Under the pieces are notes generated by a model. It had not been told where the DNA came from. It worked only from the letters and a program-made list of their open reading frames with translations, and searched no databases. From contig SMSO01000033.1 of assembly GCA_004764695.1 (NCBI GenBank), positions 2,418,001 through 2,482,000 on the forward strand: a stretch of 64,000 bases of DNA, written 5' to 3'. Numbering within the stretch: position 1 is the first letter of the stretch; each line of letters starts with the position of its first letter. This document shows, in pieces, positions 34,201-45,630 of this stretch. The translations under genes were made by a program, and so were the position numbers. Source of the DNA: Schizochytrium sp. TIO01. Taxonomy: Eukaryota; Protista; Bigyra: Labyrinthulomycetes.

Positions 34201-34755
34201 TCAACTGGTTGCTCGGCCTTTCTTCAAAGTTACAGCAACTGAGCGGAATGCACGATGATGCGGAGTACCTCCATAAACCTTTTGATTAGGCACGAACTCA
34301 CTAGCAAGGCCCTTGCGACTTTTCATCTCTTCACTAGGTTCCCCGAATTGTCGAAACCAATCTTGAAGCCCAGAAACAGGCGGTGGCTTGAATGTGAGAA
34401 TAGCTTTACGCCTTTCCTCATTCAGTGCCTCGATTTGAGCTGAGACTGCTCTTAGTTGGTCCTCAAGGCGGGAAATACGAGATGCAAGTTTGGCCAATTC
34501 ATTTCCTTTTTCCATGCGCCGTACACGCTTTGACTTTCGATGGTACTGAAAGTATCCTGGGTTTCGTGCTTGTGCAATAGCAGCTTCAAGGTTTTTCATT
34601 GTCTTCCGACTATTTTCCACCGCACCATCGTCCCTAGGGTTGTCGCCCTTAGCCGTCAACCAATGATTGAATTCACGAGCTACCTCTGCCTGCTCGGCAA
34701 GGAGCGCCCGTTTTTTCTCCAGGAGAACGTCCATCCGATCTGCTTTGGCATCCAT
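34201..34755 (-). CDS. Coiled-coil hypothetical protein (184 aa)
   Basis: ATG-initiated ORF with heptads (LAKLASRISRLEDQLRAVSAQIEALNEE) and a structured-looking C-terminus (LQDWFRQFGEP, VYGGTPHHRAF). Confidence 0.65.
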   Translation of the reverse strand: MDAKADRMDVLLEKKRALLAEQAEVAREFNHWLTAKGDNPRDDGAVENSRKTMKNLEAAIAQARNPGYFQYHRKSKRVRRMEKGNELAKLASRISRLEDQLRAVSAQIEALNEERRKAILTFKPPPVSGLQDWFRQFGEPSEEMKSRKGLASEFVPNQKVYGGTPHHRAFRSVAVTLKKGRATS

Positions 34756-34896
34756 CTTAATCCTCTTTTTAGTTGCTGTGTTTGTGAAGCTCTTTCCTCA
34801 GTTGGGAGTTGACGCAGGACGGACCAGCTTTACTGCAATCGTGGCGCCGGGCGATCCTACTGTCAGCTCCACCAAAATGTTGTTTATTGTTGTCAA

Positions 34897-35072
34897 TCAC
34901 ATGAAGGTCTTGCTTCACCACGGTGTTCTCAATTTATGTGTGATAGTGCTCACCCTGGCTGTTCTATCTTCTCTGTGAGTTGCGTCACATGAAGGTCTTG
35001 CTTCACCACGGTGTTCTCAATTTATGTGTGATAGTGCTCACCCTGGCTGTTCTATCTTCTCTGTGAGTTGCG
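34897..35072. repeat. Exact 88-bp tandem duplication
   Basis: tcacatgaagg...gtgagttgcg at 34897-34984 and 34985-35072. Confidence 0.95.
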
Positions 35073-35469
35073 TAGTCTCGTTAGACTGATCAACGGCTGT
35101 AACGGATCAATCTTATGATTCTTCATTTCATGCATAAAGAAAATGAGAATTTAGTTGTAACAAGGGTGGCTACAACTTCTTTTTTTTAATACTTAAAGTT
35201 AATCGTAATTAAGTAATAGCTGCATGTTTAAAATAAACGTAGTTTACTTTAAGACGCCCCTTTTGGGTAAATGCTCTGCATAGGGTTTTCACCCTCAAAG
35301 GCTAGCAATGAAGAGCTCATGTTTTTGTTTTAAAACTTTAAACAATGATACAAACAAAATAAAAAGGTTAACTGGACAGAAAAAGAGTCAATTAAGGACA
35401 GAGGGGTTGGAGGGGGTTCACAATTAGGTAATGCAATTAATCTTTCGAAGTGATAAGTGTGCATAGATC

Positions 35470-37167
35470 TTATCCAGCTTGATCCCCTTCATCCAGCTCA
35501 ATGTTATTGATTGTGGATACAATTGAAGTGACTAAACCATCGAAGCTTGTGCCACAGGAAAAGTCCTGATTGATAAGATTGTTTTTGCTACTAAAGCCAG
35601 CAAATCCGATATCACGAATAGGGACAGACCAAACAATACTCATGAGGCAGCCCTGACCTTTAGGCCCGGGACGAATTATAATACCTTCGATGAAGGGGAG
35701 AATTTCACTTAATGCGTTCATCCCTTCTCTGTCGGACGCAAAGACAGCCGTGTCAATCGTGCTGGTGCAGCACATAATAATGCACGCATCGGGATCATCT
35801 TTACTCACGTCATCAGACTCGCCCTCCAGCAACCCTAATTGAGGAGGAAACTCCACAGGATCAGGCTGACTTCCAACTTTGCATGTTTCGCGAATTTTTG
35901 GATTTTCTGGAAACGTGGACGCTGAAACAAGCTTTGTATATTTCCATGTGGTAATAAAAATACACTTGCGAAAAATCTTCTCTTCATCCGTTTCACCTAA
36001 GAGCCCGAAATCCTCAGAGTATTGGAAAACACGAAGATCTGCATCATCAAAATTCTGGAACTCTCTAAAACTCGTGGGGATTTCTGCAATGTTTACTTCT
36101 GCGTTGTCGGTCCAGGATCCAGTATAGGTGCGATTATATATATCAGGAGCGGTCCATGCTTTCCAGATGCGGCGTTGTAGATTTTCCATCGATTCCGGGC
36201 GCCACGGCAGGTCAATTCGTGCATTAATACGTTTCATGGCATGCATCTCACATCCACGAGGGAGTATTTGAACGCCGAAGTGAGCAGGACTTCGTGTATC
36301 GAGATGGTTCAGTGCATTATAATAGGTCCAATGCCACGAGTTATCAACGACACTAGTATGCGCAAGGCCCGCAATTTGGCCATGGGCACTGTCGCACCCT
36401 GAGCATGCCAACCTAAACTTCTCTTCACTGGTAAGATCAGGAACAGACTTGGTAACATCGACAATGCTACGGATAAAAGCTTTGTGTTTTCTGATTTCAA
36501 CGCGCAAGAGCTCATTTTCTTTGCTCAAGTTAATTGCGCCAGAGTTACGAAGGGCCTGCACTTCAGTTTGGAGCTCTGCAATACGCATTAAATATATGTC
36601 TCTATCCTTTTCAAGTTGTTCGTTCCGTTTCTTTAACTCCTCGCGCTCTCGTTTTCGTTTTTGGCGCGTGACTCGAGAGGCAGCCGCTACAATTTCTCGA
36701 CGTCGCGCAGTTTCTTCAGGTGTTTCCTTCACGCGAGAGCGTCCGGTGCTCGAGCTGTTTTCTGATGAACTCCTAAATATGTGCTGGTACTGACTTTGGT
36801 GCTCCACTTTAACTTGAACATTCTTTGCATTAGATCGTGCATCTGTCTTTGACGATGAGTCGTTCTTTTTACCTCGGTTCTCTGGAGCACCACTTGATGT
36901 AGCTATCTTCGCAGGTTGGTATGAGTTTCCATAAAATGCCTCACTGCTATTTGTGCGTCGAAAGTCACCTATAACTGCCTCATTTATGTCATTAGTAGTG
37001 CCTTCAAGGAGGTGCATATCAGAGACCTCGGTGTCGTCCTCTTCACCTTCATCTTCCTCCTTTGCGTGAAGAAACGCTAGTTCCGAAGGTTCGAGCACTA
37101 GGCTCGATGGGAAGAAGTTTCCATCATAGAGCGTTTCATGCTCCACGTCGTTGTCCCAGTCTTCCAT
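35470..37167 (-). CDS. Atypical bZIP plus START/SRPBCC-like transcription factor, paralog 1
   Basis: MEDWD..YDGNFFP..LVL N-motif; RRREIVAAASRVTRQKRK basic region plus zipper; C-terminal domain shared with paralogs. Start set at ATG 37167 by alignment with the paralogs. Confidence 0.85.
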   Translation of the reverse strand: MEDWDNDVEHETLYDGNFFPSSLVLEPSELAFLHAKEEDEGEEDDTEVSDMHLLEGTTNDINEAVIGDFRRTNSSEAFYGNSYQPAKIATSSGAPENRGKKNDSSSKTDARSNAKNVQVKVEHQSQYQHIFRSSSENSSSTGRSRVKETPEETARRREIVAAASRVTRQKRKREREELKKRNEQLEKDRDIYLMRIAELQTEVQALRNSGAINLSKENELLRVEIRKHKAFIRSIVDVTKSVPDLTSEEKFRLACSGCDSAHGQIAGLAHTSVVDNSWHWTYYNALNHLDTRSPAHFGVQILPRGCEMHAMKRINARIDLPWRPESMENLQRRIWKAWTAPDIYNRTYTGSWTDNAEVNIAEIPTSFREFQNFDDADLRVFQYSEDFGLLGETDEEKIFRKCIFITTWKYTKLVSASTFPENPKIRETCKVGSQPDPVEFPPQLGLLEGESDDVSKDDPDACIIMCCTSTIDTAVFASDREGMNALSEILPFIEGIIIRPGPKGQGCLMSIVWSVPIRDIGFAGFSSKNNLINQDFSCGTSFDGLVTSIVSTINNIELDEGDQAG

Positions 37168-37934
37168 GCCCACGTTCACTGCAACTTCGTATTGCCTTGT
37201 TCCTGTTATCCTTAACTATTAAATGTAGTTGAAAGGAAGAAATTTCAATCCCCGAATTGATCTTGACGATCCTTCTGCACGCTGCCTCTTGATGGTCTCT
37301 GGAAAACGCGAAAGAAAGTCTGGGAAAACGCAATGTCACAATTGAGGTTGATCTCGAGAATTCAAGCCATGCACTAAGACCACTCCTCGGTAATCTTCTT
37401 TGTATGCTTCGAAACAGTTCTACTTTCAGCTAGCGACTGAAAACTTCTATCGAGTTTGCCTCCAGCGCTAGCGATGAGTTTGTCTGTGCACTGGAGTGAA
37501 GAATAAAGCTACTTGATTCAAGACTTCTGCGAACCACTTTATAATGCCCACTTTCCTCCACTCTTATCCAGTGAACTGCTGCTGTCGTATCCGCTCACCT
37601 GCCCGTCCGTTCTTCCGCCAACCTGCGTGTGCGCTGCAGCGACGATGCAGATGACGATAAGGTTGACAATGACAAGGATGACGACCGAAACCTTCTTTTC
37701 TGCAAGTTTCCAAACCAGTAGGTAGGCTTGACTATTGCAACACTTCGCCAAGTCCTTGTTCTTGGCCACTGTCGCGACGATGTTGTGAGGGCCGTGCGGC
37801 CGAGTTCTATATGGCGTGTGATTGGAGACTATGGCGTGGTGTTGGAAAGCGTGGGAATCGTCATCTCCAAAGAATAGGCCTTATAAAATTCGCATTTGTT
37901 TCTTTTCAGCTCGCCTATAAAGAAATAACACCCT

Positions 37935-37935
<1 letters not shown>

Positions 37936-37972
<37 letters not shown>
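37936..37972. repeat. (AAT)n microsatellite
   Basis: About 12 direct AAT units. Confidence 0.95.
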
Positions 37973-37973
<1 letters not shown>

Positions 37974-38700
37974 GCATCTTCGTCTCGCGGAGTTCTCGCT
38001 TCGTTCGAATGATGGCGCACGAAATTTGCGTAGATGATGGCTTTTGTTGTGGTGGTCTTCAATAAAATGTGCCAGGCAGAAGCACACAGGCCGCCCGTAG
38101 CAAACCAGAAAATGTGTGCTCTGTGCTTTGTGTTACTCTGGACTAGTTTGACCAGCTGATGGATAGATTTTGGTGAGTAGGATGGGGCATTCATTCTGTG
38201 CCAGATGATTTTGATCTACGATTTTCGCGCCATCCATTAAAAGCAGCAGGTCAGTTAGACCACTTTTATCTGCTTTTTCTTTCTTTCATGGTCATGATTT
38301 TTAAAGGTTTTCTTCGAAAAGAAACATTGACTAGGCGCTCTTGGAAACTCAGAAATACTAATGCTAGCTGCACATATTTAGGTATTTTAAGACTTGCCAT
38401 GGCTCAAGCGTACAAGCCAAGCGAGCGACTCGTTGATAAAAGGTTCAAAGTTCGTGCTGTGTAGAGGCTTCGATACATATGGATGAGATAATAGTACTTA
38501 AAGTTATGTAATGGAAATGTGAATAATATGTGTAGGGTAAGAAACATGCAAAAATAAGGGAGGTAGTATGCAGAATACAGTAGCGTAAAATGCGCGTGAG
38601 GAGGGCGAACCAGTTCATAGACACGCACGGTTTTGAATTGTTCTATCCAGTGTCGTAGGAAGTATGTTTTAAATTTAAGTAGACATCGGAAATCTCAGTC

Positions 38701-40398
38701 CTATTCAACATCAAGATTGTTGAGAATATTGATAAATGTGGAAAAAATCAGGTCTCCGTTGGGGCCGCAGGCAAAGTCATTCGTCACTAAACCGTTGTCG
38801 GTGGTGAAGCCGCTGTATCCGTCTTCAGTAAGCGGCCAAGACATGAGAAAAGTCAGAAGACTACCCGATGACTCAGGGCCACGCCTGATAATCACGCTTT
38901 CAACTGAAGGCGCATTTAGTCTGTGTACACCTTCAACCTTGGGCTTCAGAAGATTAGAATCCACTGTAGTTGAAGTGATAATGACGCATGCCTCAGGATC
39001 GTCTTTGTTAGTAGTCTGGAAGGCTTCAGCAGGAGGGTGAAGTGCAGCGTATTCGAGAGCAGCAGAATGCTCTTGAAGTTGTGCTTCGCTCACACCCTTC
39101 TCTGTCCTTTCGCGAGGACTTTCAGGGTACGATGACCTTGTGATCAGTTTGGTATATTTCCATGCTACACATAGTGTACAGTCCTGAGCAGACCTTTCTT
39201 CATCAGTTTCTTTATTGCGACCAAATTCCTCTACATAATGATAGATGCGCATTTCGGCATCATCTGGCTCTTGAAGGCCTTCAAAACAGGAAGGGATCTC
39301 TTCAATCGAAACGATGGCATTGTTCGCCCACGGGCCCGAATATACGCGAGTGTAAACCTCAGGCGCAGTCCAAACCTTCCAGATCTTTTTGCGAAGTTCC
39401 TCAATACTTTCTGAGCGCCAAGGAAGATCAAGACGAATATTTGAGCGTTTTGCCGATGTAAGGTCACATCCACGTGGTAACAACTGGACACCAAAGTACG
39501 CAGGCGACCTTCTTCCGCAGTAATCGATTGCATCGTAGGGTGACCAGTGCCATGAGCTGTCCACAGCACTAGTGTAAGCAAGGCCAACCACCTGAGCCAC
39601 GCCACTGTTACAGCCATTTCGAGCGAGCCTATACCTTTCCTCGCTGGTGAGACGTGGGACTGCTTGGGTTGCTTCTACAATATTACGAATGAAAGCCTTG
39701 TGTTTACGAATTTCAATGCGGAGAAGATCATTTTCTTTGGATAAGTTGATTGATCCTGAGTTTCGCAGAGCCTGAACTTCTGTCTGCAATTCAGCAATGC
39801 GCATCATGTACACATCTCGATCCTTCTCAAGCTGGTCATTTCTTATCTTGAGTTCCTCACGTTCACGCTTGCGTTTCTGTCGTGTTGCGCGTGAAGCTGC
39901 TGCTACAATCTCACGTCGACGGTCTTTCTCCTCCTCAGTTTCCTCCCTTGAAGCCCTGGTGCGCGAGCATTTCGCTGTGGGAGCAAGAGACTCTTCTGGC
40001 TTAGCTTTCCTGGAGCGTCTCATCTGAGCGGATGCGGATACAAACGGGAAATCTTCATCATCATTTTGATCAAAACTGTCCTTGATTGCATCAAAACTGC
40101 TTTCGACGTCACCTAGGTCCTCTACTTCTTCCCGGCAGTTCTGTGGTTGGCGACCTTGACCTCGTGGCATTTCAATTCTTTTAACTAGGTCTTCCTCGTC
40201 TTCGCTGTGATGTTGATCTACGCTAGTAACTTTCTGGTCTTTGTCATCAGAGTTTTGTTTTTCACCATTAGAACTATCGATGCCATCATCTACTGCGGAA
40301 AGAAGCTCAATCTCTGAAGCGTCGAGAACTAAGTTAGGTGGGTAGAAATTGCCCTCGTAAAGCCTTTCGCCCTCAAGTTCACAATCCCAGTTATCCAT
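38701..40398 (-). CDS. Atypical bZIP plus START/SRPBCC-like transcription factor, paralog 2
   Basis: MDNWD..YEGNFYPPNLVL; RRREIVAAASRATRQKRK; QDCTLCVAWKY, EACVIITSTTV, GVHRLNAPSVESVIIRR. Confidence 0.85.
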   Translation of the reverse strand: MDNWDCELEGERLYEGNFYPPNLVLDASEIELLSAVDDGIDSSNGEKQNSDDKDQKVTSVDQHHSEDEEDLVKRIEMPRGQGRQPQNCREEVEDLGDVESSFDAIKDSFDQNDDEDFPFVSASAQMRRSRKAKPEESLAPTAKCSRTRASREETEEEKDRRREIVAAASRATRQKRKREREELKIRNDQLEKDRDVYMMRIAELQTEVQALRNSGSINLSKENDLLRIEIRKHKAFIRNIVEATQAVPRLTSEERYRLARNGCNSGVAQVVGLAYTSAVDSSWHWSPYDAIDYCGRRSPAYFGVQLLPRGCDLTSAKRSNIRLDLPWRSESIEELRKKIWKVWTAPEVYTRVYSGPWANNAIVSIEEIPSCFEGLQEPDDAEMRIYHYVEEFGRNKETDEERSAQDCTLCVAWKYTKLITRSSYPESPRERTEKGVSEAQLQEHSAALEYAALHPPAEAFQTTNKDDPEACVIITSTTVDSNLLKPKVEGVHRLNAPSVESVIIRRGPESSGSLLTFLMSWPLTEDGYSGFTTDNGLVTNDFACGPNGDLIFSTFINILNNLDVE

Positions 40399-43175
40399 GG
40401 TGCCTGACGGCGATCTCGAGAATTGCTCTTTAGGTTTCTTCCTTTCGCTGTTGTCTCCGTCAGATGTCGAGAGATGGGATTCAACGATGGCTTACGCGCA
40501 CAGGATAGCTTGCCCGCGCACGCACAGAGAGCAACGGAAGTAAACTAGAAAGGAATTAGTTAGCTCGACCGATGCTACCGACCTCTTCGAGGAAAGAGAG
40601 TCACCTAGAGAAGAAGAGCCCAATAGCTGTTAGAGGCGCTTACAATCGATGAGGGCAAGCTCCTGGTTGCCGCTCAGGCGCTTTCCTCGCGAACACGCTC
40701 GGACTCGCAAGGAACCTGGTTTGCACTGTGCCCACCTCGAATTATGATCTTGAAGATTTGGAAAGTGATAACTTGAAAAAGAGAAGAGTCACGATTAAAA
40801 AGAAAGGAATAATAACTATGATTAACAGTAGACATCTGCTAACATCATTGGTTAGAAAGTTGAAAAAGGTTTTTTCGGAAGTCAGCATTTCCCTTCTTTT
40901 TATTCATCTTTCTATTAAACAACAACAACAACAACAACAACAAAAAGAAAAAAAAAGGTCTCAAGTGTGCAGAGAATCAGAAATGTTCCCTCTGCGAGGA
41001 AACATTCTCATAATTTAGCCACTACCTAGCTGCTACTGCCTACTGGAAACCAACCCCATTCTTTCGCGTTCGTCTACAATGTTAATGGGCGGCAATAACA
41101 GCGTACCAACTACGCACATCGAGTTTTCGGAGGAAACTAATTGAGCAAATCACATCACTAAACTTTAAAAAACAAAACAAAAAAAACAATCAGTTCCTCT
41201 TCACTTTTCTACTATCGAAAAACTAAGTGAAGCAACACTCCACAAATTTTAAGAGATCACTCATGGTGCATGATCTGTCATTCTTCACACGGTCCGGTTG
41301 CTGATTGAACCATCTCGTAACGACCCGTTGTGACTTCTTTGAAGAAAAGCACAAGACAGGTAATAGTGGTAAGCTGAAAGAACGACATAAATTAATAATA
41401 ATGAAAGAATGTTAAAGTGTTATTTGTTTTTAGAAAAAGGGATTTTTGTAATTAAAAATGTTTCTGTGAGCGAATGCGTGAACGATTCAGATTTCTGCTT
41501 TACCCTTAAACTTGAAGGTCGAGATACTAGAACAGCGTGGTTGAAGGGGGCTTCTGCCCTTTCTTGTGCTCAAATGCGACCGGCATTTCCGATGTGCGGG
41601 TCTCCGCATTAGGCAGCTCTATATTTTGTTGCTTTCAGCAACCCCGAAGAAACGTTATGCATCAGAGGATCAGTGGTGATTGATTGTGCCTTCCACCATA
41701 CTAAAAATGCCGCGTGAGAAGTCTGGCTCAAGATTAGGACTGATTTTGCTACCCCGTTTGTAGAGTGGATCTTGGCAGAATGGCTAAACTTCGATCGTTG
41801 TTGTGGTGTACAAAGGTCCTTGATATGGTGTAGGACTTCTGTCATTTTGCCCTGCTCGCCATTGAGAAAACCTTGCAATTGCTTGGGAGCAGATGCCAGA
41901 ACTGTCTTTGAGATAATTGCTGCTATGGATGCAGCAAGCTCTTATTCTGTATCCCTTGTCGACGATAACCTCTTCGAAAACACAGAACCACTCAAAGCCA
42001 AAACGTCGAATTACTCAGCGCCAACTGAGCTGATATAACCGAATCGCAAGATTGCAACCATGTAGGTACTTTAAGACCAGACATTCTCAATGTCACTCGT
42101 CTGCTCCGCACTCGCAGAATGTCAAGTTCAAGAATGGCCCAAGTCCAACTGCGGCTGCGACGTATGTAGATGTTCGGGTACCTATCGAAGTGCCTCAGGT
42201 GGTACCTCAAGTGCTCCGCGAAGTACAGAACACGCGATTACAGATTACATAAAATGTTTTGGTTCACTCATTTGCATTTCATCTATTTGTTCTTGCAACT
42301 CCAACGCCACTTCGATATTCAAGCTGTGCATTGTTTACTTATTTATTTATCTATTTATCTATCCATTTATTGATTGATTGATTTATTCATAATAATAATG
42401 ATCACTGTTATTATAAATCATTAAAAGCTAGTTCTCCTTTAGCAGAACTAAGAGAGAGTGAGACAGAGATTGGTGATGACTCTCATTTGTGGCGAAGAGG
42501 GGACAACGTTGGCGCACAAAATTTGCGCATCCGCACTTTAGCGGCTGTAGATCTTGAGCGTCGAAGGCCACGTGGATGGATGGGCTCTCGAAGCCAAGCT
42601 GGCGCTGCGAGTTGTGGGAAATGCAAGAATCCTCGGTAAGCCGGACCTGAGTGGGCGATGGCCCTAGCGTTCAGGGTCAGAACTAAGAATGGAAAGCATT
42701 ATTGATCGATTGATTGATGGATGGATCGATTGATGGATTGATGGATTAATCGAGTTACACAAGTCATAAGAGTTTTTAATATTAACAAAAAATAATAAAT
42801 GAGAGAATTATAAAGAAAAGTAATGTCGCGGAAGAGAGTTTGAGCGAGTAAACTAAGTGAGCTTTACAGAATGGGTAAATCAGTTTGTAAAACTCGTGTT
42901 TGGCGACATCCACGTCGACAATAACACAGATGATAGGGAAGGGGTTAGAGGGTGAAGAGGAGAAGTTGTGGGTACATAACTAGTAGACGCTGGAAGAAAA
43001 TCAAGATGCAGAAAATATAATAGGTTATGCTATGTAGGTTATGCTATGTTGCCTGTTAAAAAAAGAAAAGACAAAAGAGGGAGATGTGTCGAGCTCTGCT
43101 CTTTTGCTTTTGGTCATTGTCACGGTGGGTGGTAGCGAAATGATGATTATTTTATTCAATTTACGGCGGCTGAAA

Positions 43176-45002
43176 TTAGCACGCATCGTTTGGGTCCACG
43201 TTGTTAAAGTTGGATAGCAGCGAGGTAATGAACAAATCGGTATTGCGACCGCAGGAGAAGTCAGCGTTGACTAGACTATTGTCACTAGTGAAACCAGAAT
43301 AGCCATCTTCTGTGAGAGGCCACGATGACACAAAGCTTGGAATACAGCCTCCTGTACTGTGGTCTGGACGAAGAATGATACCCTCGATAAAGGGTGAGTT
43401 GATGCGGTGCACACCCTCCTGCTTTGGCACAACATTTTCGACAGAGGTCGTACAAACAATGATAACACAAGCATCGGGATCGTCCTTGCTCACGGGTCCA
43501 AAGGCTTCCACGGGGGGGTGAAGATTAGAATAGTCATGCATGGAGGCAGCATTATCGACAGAGTGTTCAAGATGGCCCTGACCGAAAGTCGCAGTTGTTC
43601 CATTAGAATATGGAGATGAGGATACCGACGAGGAAGCGTACGGGTTGCCAGGATAATATTGGTGCTGCATTTCTGGACTTGAGGATCTTTGTTTGGTGCG
43701 CGGGTTCAATGGGAAAGAGGAAGCTGTGACAAGCTTTGTGTATCTCCATGTTACGACTAACGTGCAATCTCTGGCGGACTTCTCCTCATCCGTTTCTTTG
43801 TCTAGGCCAAACTCTTCACGGTAGTGGAACACACGCATTTCTGCATCGTCTGCAGTTTGGTGTTCATCAAGCCCAGACGGTATCTCACAAATGCTGACCT
43901 GGGCATCGTGGGCCCATGGCCCAGAGTATGCACGGCTGTACACTTCAGGGGCTGTCCAAGCTTTCCAAATTCGTTTACGAAAGCTTTCAATGTTTTCGGG
44001 GCGGGGCGACATATCAAGTCGGATATTTACGCGTTTCGTTGATAGCAGGTCACATCCACGCGGTAGTAGTTGAACGCCAAAATGTGCTGGACTTCGGGAC
44101 CCTGCTAGATTAAGAGCATTGTAGTTGGACCAGTGAAAAGAGGTATCCACCGCACTGGTGTAGGCAAGACCCACGATTTGACCAACGGCACTGTCACTAC
44201 CACTACGTGCGAGGCGATATTGCTCCTCCATTGTGAGTTGTGGTACAGCGCGGGTAGCATCTACAATGCTGCGAATAAATGCTTTATGCTTCCTAATCTC
44301 CACGCGTAGGAGTTCGTTTTCTTTAGATAAATTAATAGCACCTGAGTTACGCAGGGCTTGCACTTCCGTCTGAAGGTGCGCAATGCGTGTGAGATAAACC
44401 TCACGATCCTTTTCAAGTTGGTCGTTGCGACTTTTTAGCTCCTCACGCTCACGCTTGCGTTTCTGTCTAGTAGCTCGTGATGCTGCAGCAACGATGACCC
44501 GGCGACGATTAAGCTCCTCCTCGTCTTCCTCCTCGTCAGCATCCTCGTCATCATTGTCTTTCGGAGTATAAGTGGGAGCTGGCGCCTTTCTTGATGAAGA
44601 GTTCGCAGAACCTCCTCGTCCACCGCGAGTTGATTTTGTGGCTTTGGGCTGGGCCTTCTTTTTGGGCTGAATCTTCCTCGCAGGCGCTTTCGAAGCAACA
44701 GGCGCAGGGTCTGGTGAACCTGAGTTATGGCTTCCCATGCTAGGACTTCCATTATAATTAACCCCGTTAGTGTTGCTATGCATTCCGTATGACTGCACGT
44801 ATTCTTGGTTTGCGTTCGCGAAGCCCATCGTGGCATGATAGGCAGAATCCGCTTCACTTTGGCCAGCAGAATCTGAGATATCGTCGGGAGCTGCTAGAAT
44901 CTCCATTTCTGAAGGCTTGAGCACGAGGTCTGGCGGGAAAAAATGACCATCGTAGAACTTTTCTCCTTCGCCATCATCACCGTCAATGTCCCAGTTCTCC
45001 AT
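43176..45002 (-). CDS. Atypical bZIP plus START/SRPBCC-like transcription factor, paralog 3
   Basis: MENWD..YDGHFFPPDLVL; RRRVIVAAASRATRQKRK; RDCTLVVTWRY, DACVIIVCTTSV, GVHRINSPFIEGIILRP. Confidence 0.85.
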   Translation of the reverse strand: MENWDIDGDDGEGEKFYDGHFFPPDLVLKPSEMEILAAPDDISDSAGQSEADSAYHATMGFANANQEYVQSYGMHSNTNGVNYNGSPSMGSHNSGSPDPAPVASKAPARKIQPKKKAQPKATKSTRGGRGGSANSSSRKAPAPTYTPKDNDDEDADEEEDEEELNRRRVIVAAASRATRQKRKREREELKSRNDQLEKDREVYLTRIAHLQTEVQALRNSGAINLSKENELLRVEIRKHKAFIRSIVDATRAVPQLTMEEQYRLARSGSDSAVGQIVGLAYTSAVDTSFHWSNYNALNLAGSRSPAHFGVQLLPRGCDLLSTKRVNIRLDMSPRPENIESFRKRIWKAWTAPEVYSRAYSGPWAHDAQVSICEIPSGLDEHQTADDAEMRVFHYREEFGLDKETDEEKSARDCTLVVTWRYTKLVTASSFPLNPRTKQRSSSPEMQHQYYPGNPYASSSVSSSPYSNGTTATFGQGHLEHSVDNAASMHDYSNLHPPVEAFGPVSKDDPDACVIIVCTTSVENVVPKQEGVHRINSPFIEGIILRPDHSTGGCIPSFVSSWPLTEDGYSGFTSDNSLVNADFSCGRNTDLFITSLLSNFNNVDPNDAC

Positions 45003-45540
45003 TCTAACCTCGATGGCCCTACGTTCTGGGAAAGAAGTCGCTCAGGAAGTTGTCACAGTCCCAGGTCTCGCACGTGTCGAGCTCGTTTTCGCTAGATTCT
45101 TTACCAAGTTTCCCTAAATTGGGGAATAATACTCCTGGCACTCTAGCTCTCAATGTCCCAGAGATGGAGCTTTCTGAGTTGACTTCTATCTTCGCACACA
45201 GCCGCGTGCTGCAGGTGCTTAAGCTGGCCTTTCGTAGGCAGACTTCCTAGCAGCAGCGATCCGCAGGACACCAAGGCAGCGTCCGATCGCGCTCAACGCG
45301 TATCCCAGAGGGTTCGCAGTGAAAGCGTTGCGTCGAGCCTCGCGAGGTGGCGCCGCCTATCCGTAGGCGCCGCCGCAGGGGCTCTTCGTTGCTGCTGCCT
45401 TGAGCTGCTCGCGGTGATTAGGGCCTTGCCGCCAGCATCAGAACACTGTAGAATAAACGTGCGATAAACAGTTTACTACAAGTATTGTCAGGGCCATCAG
45501 AAAAGCGAAAGAGCCAACTTCGATAAGCAAAACAAGAAAG

Positions 45541-45630
45541 AATAAAACAATAAAACAATAAAACAGTAAAACAGTAAAACAATAAAACAATAAAACAATA
45601 AAAAAAGAATAAAACAATAAAACAATAAAA
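45541..45630. repeat. (AATAAAAC)n 8-bp tandem repeat
   Basis: About 11 near-perfect units upstream of paralog 3. Confidence 0.9.

Noticed and set aside
41600-42000. Minus-strand ELAASIAAIISKTVLA resembling a ketosynthase motif
   Set aside because: No catalytic His/Cys motifs or other KS landmarks nearby; similarity too short.
45345-45376. GC-rich hairpin (ggcgccgcctatccgtaggcgccgcc) as terminator or ncRNA
   Set aside because: Imperfect short stem in a GC-rich promoter region, no U-tract and no counterpart at the other paralogs.
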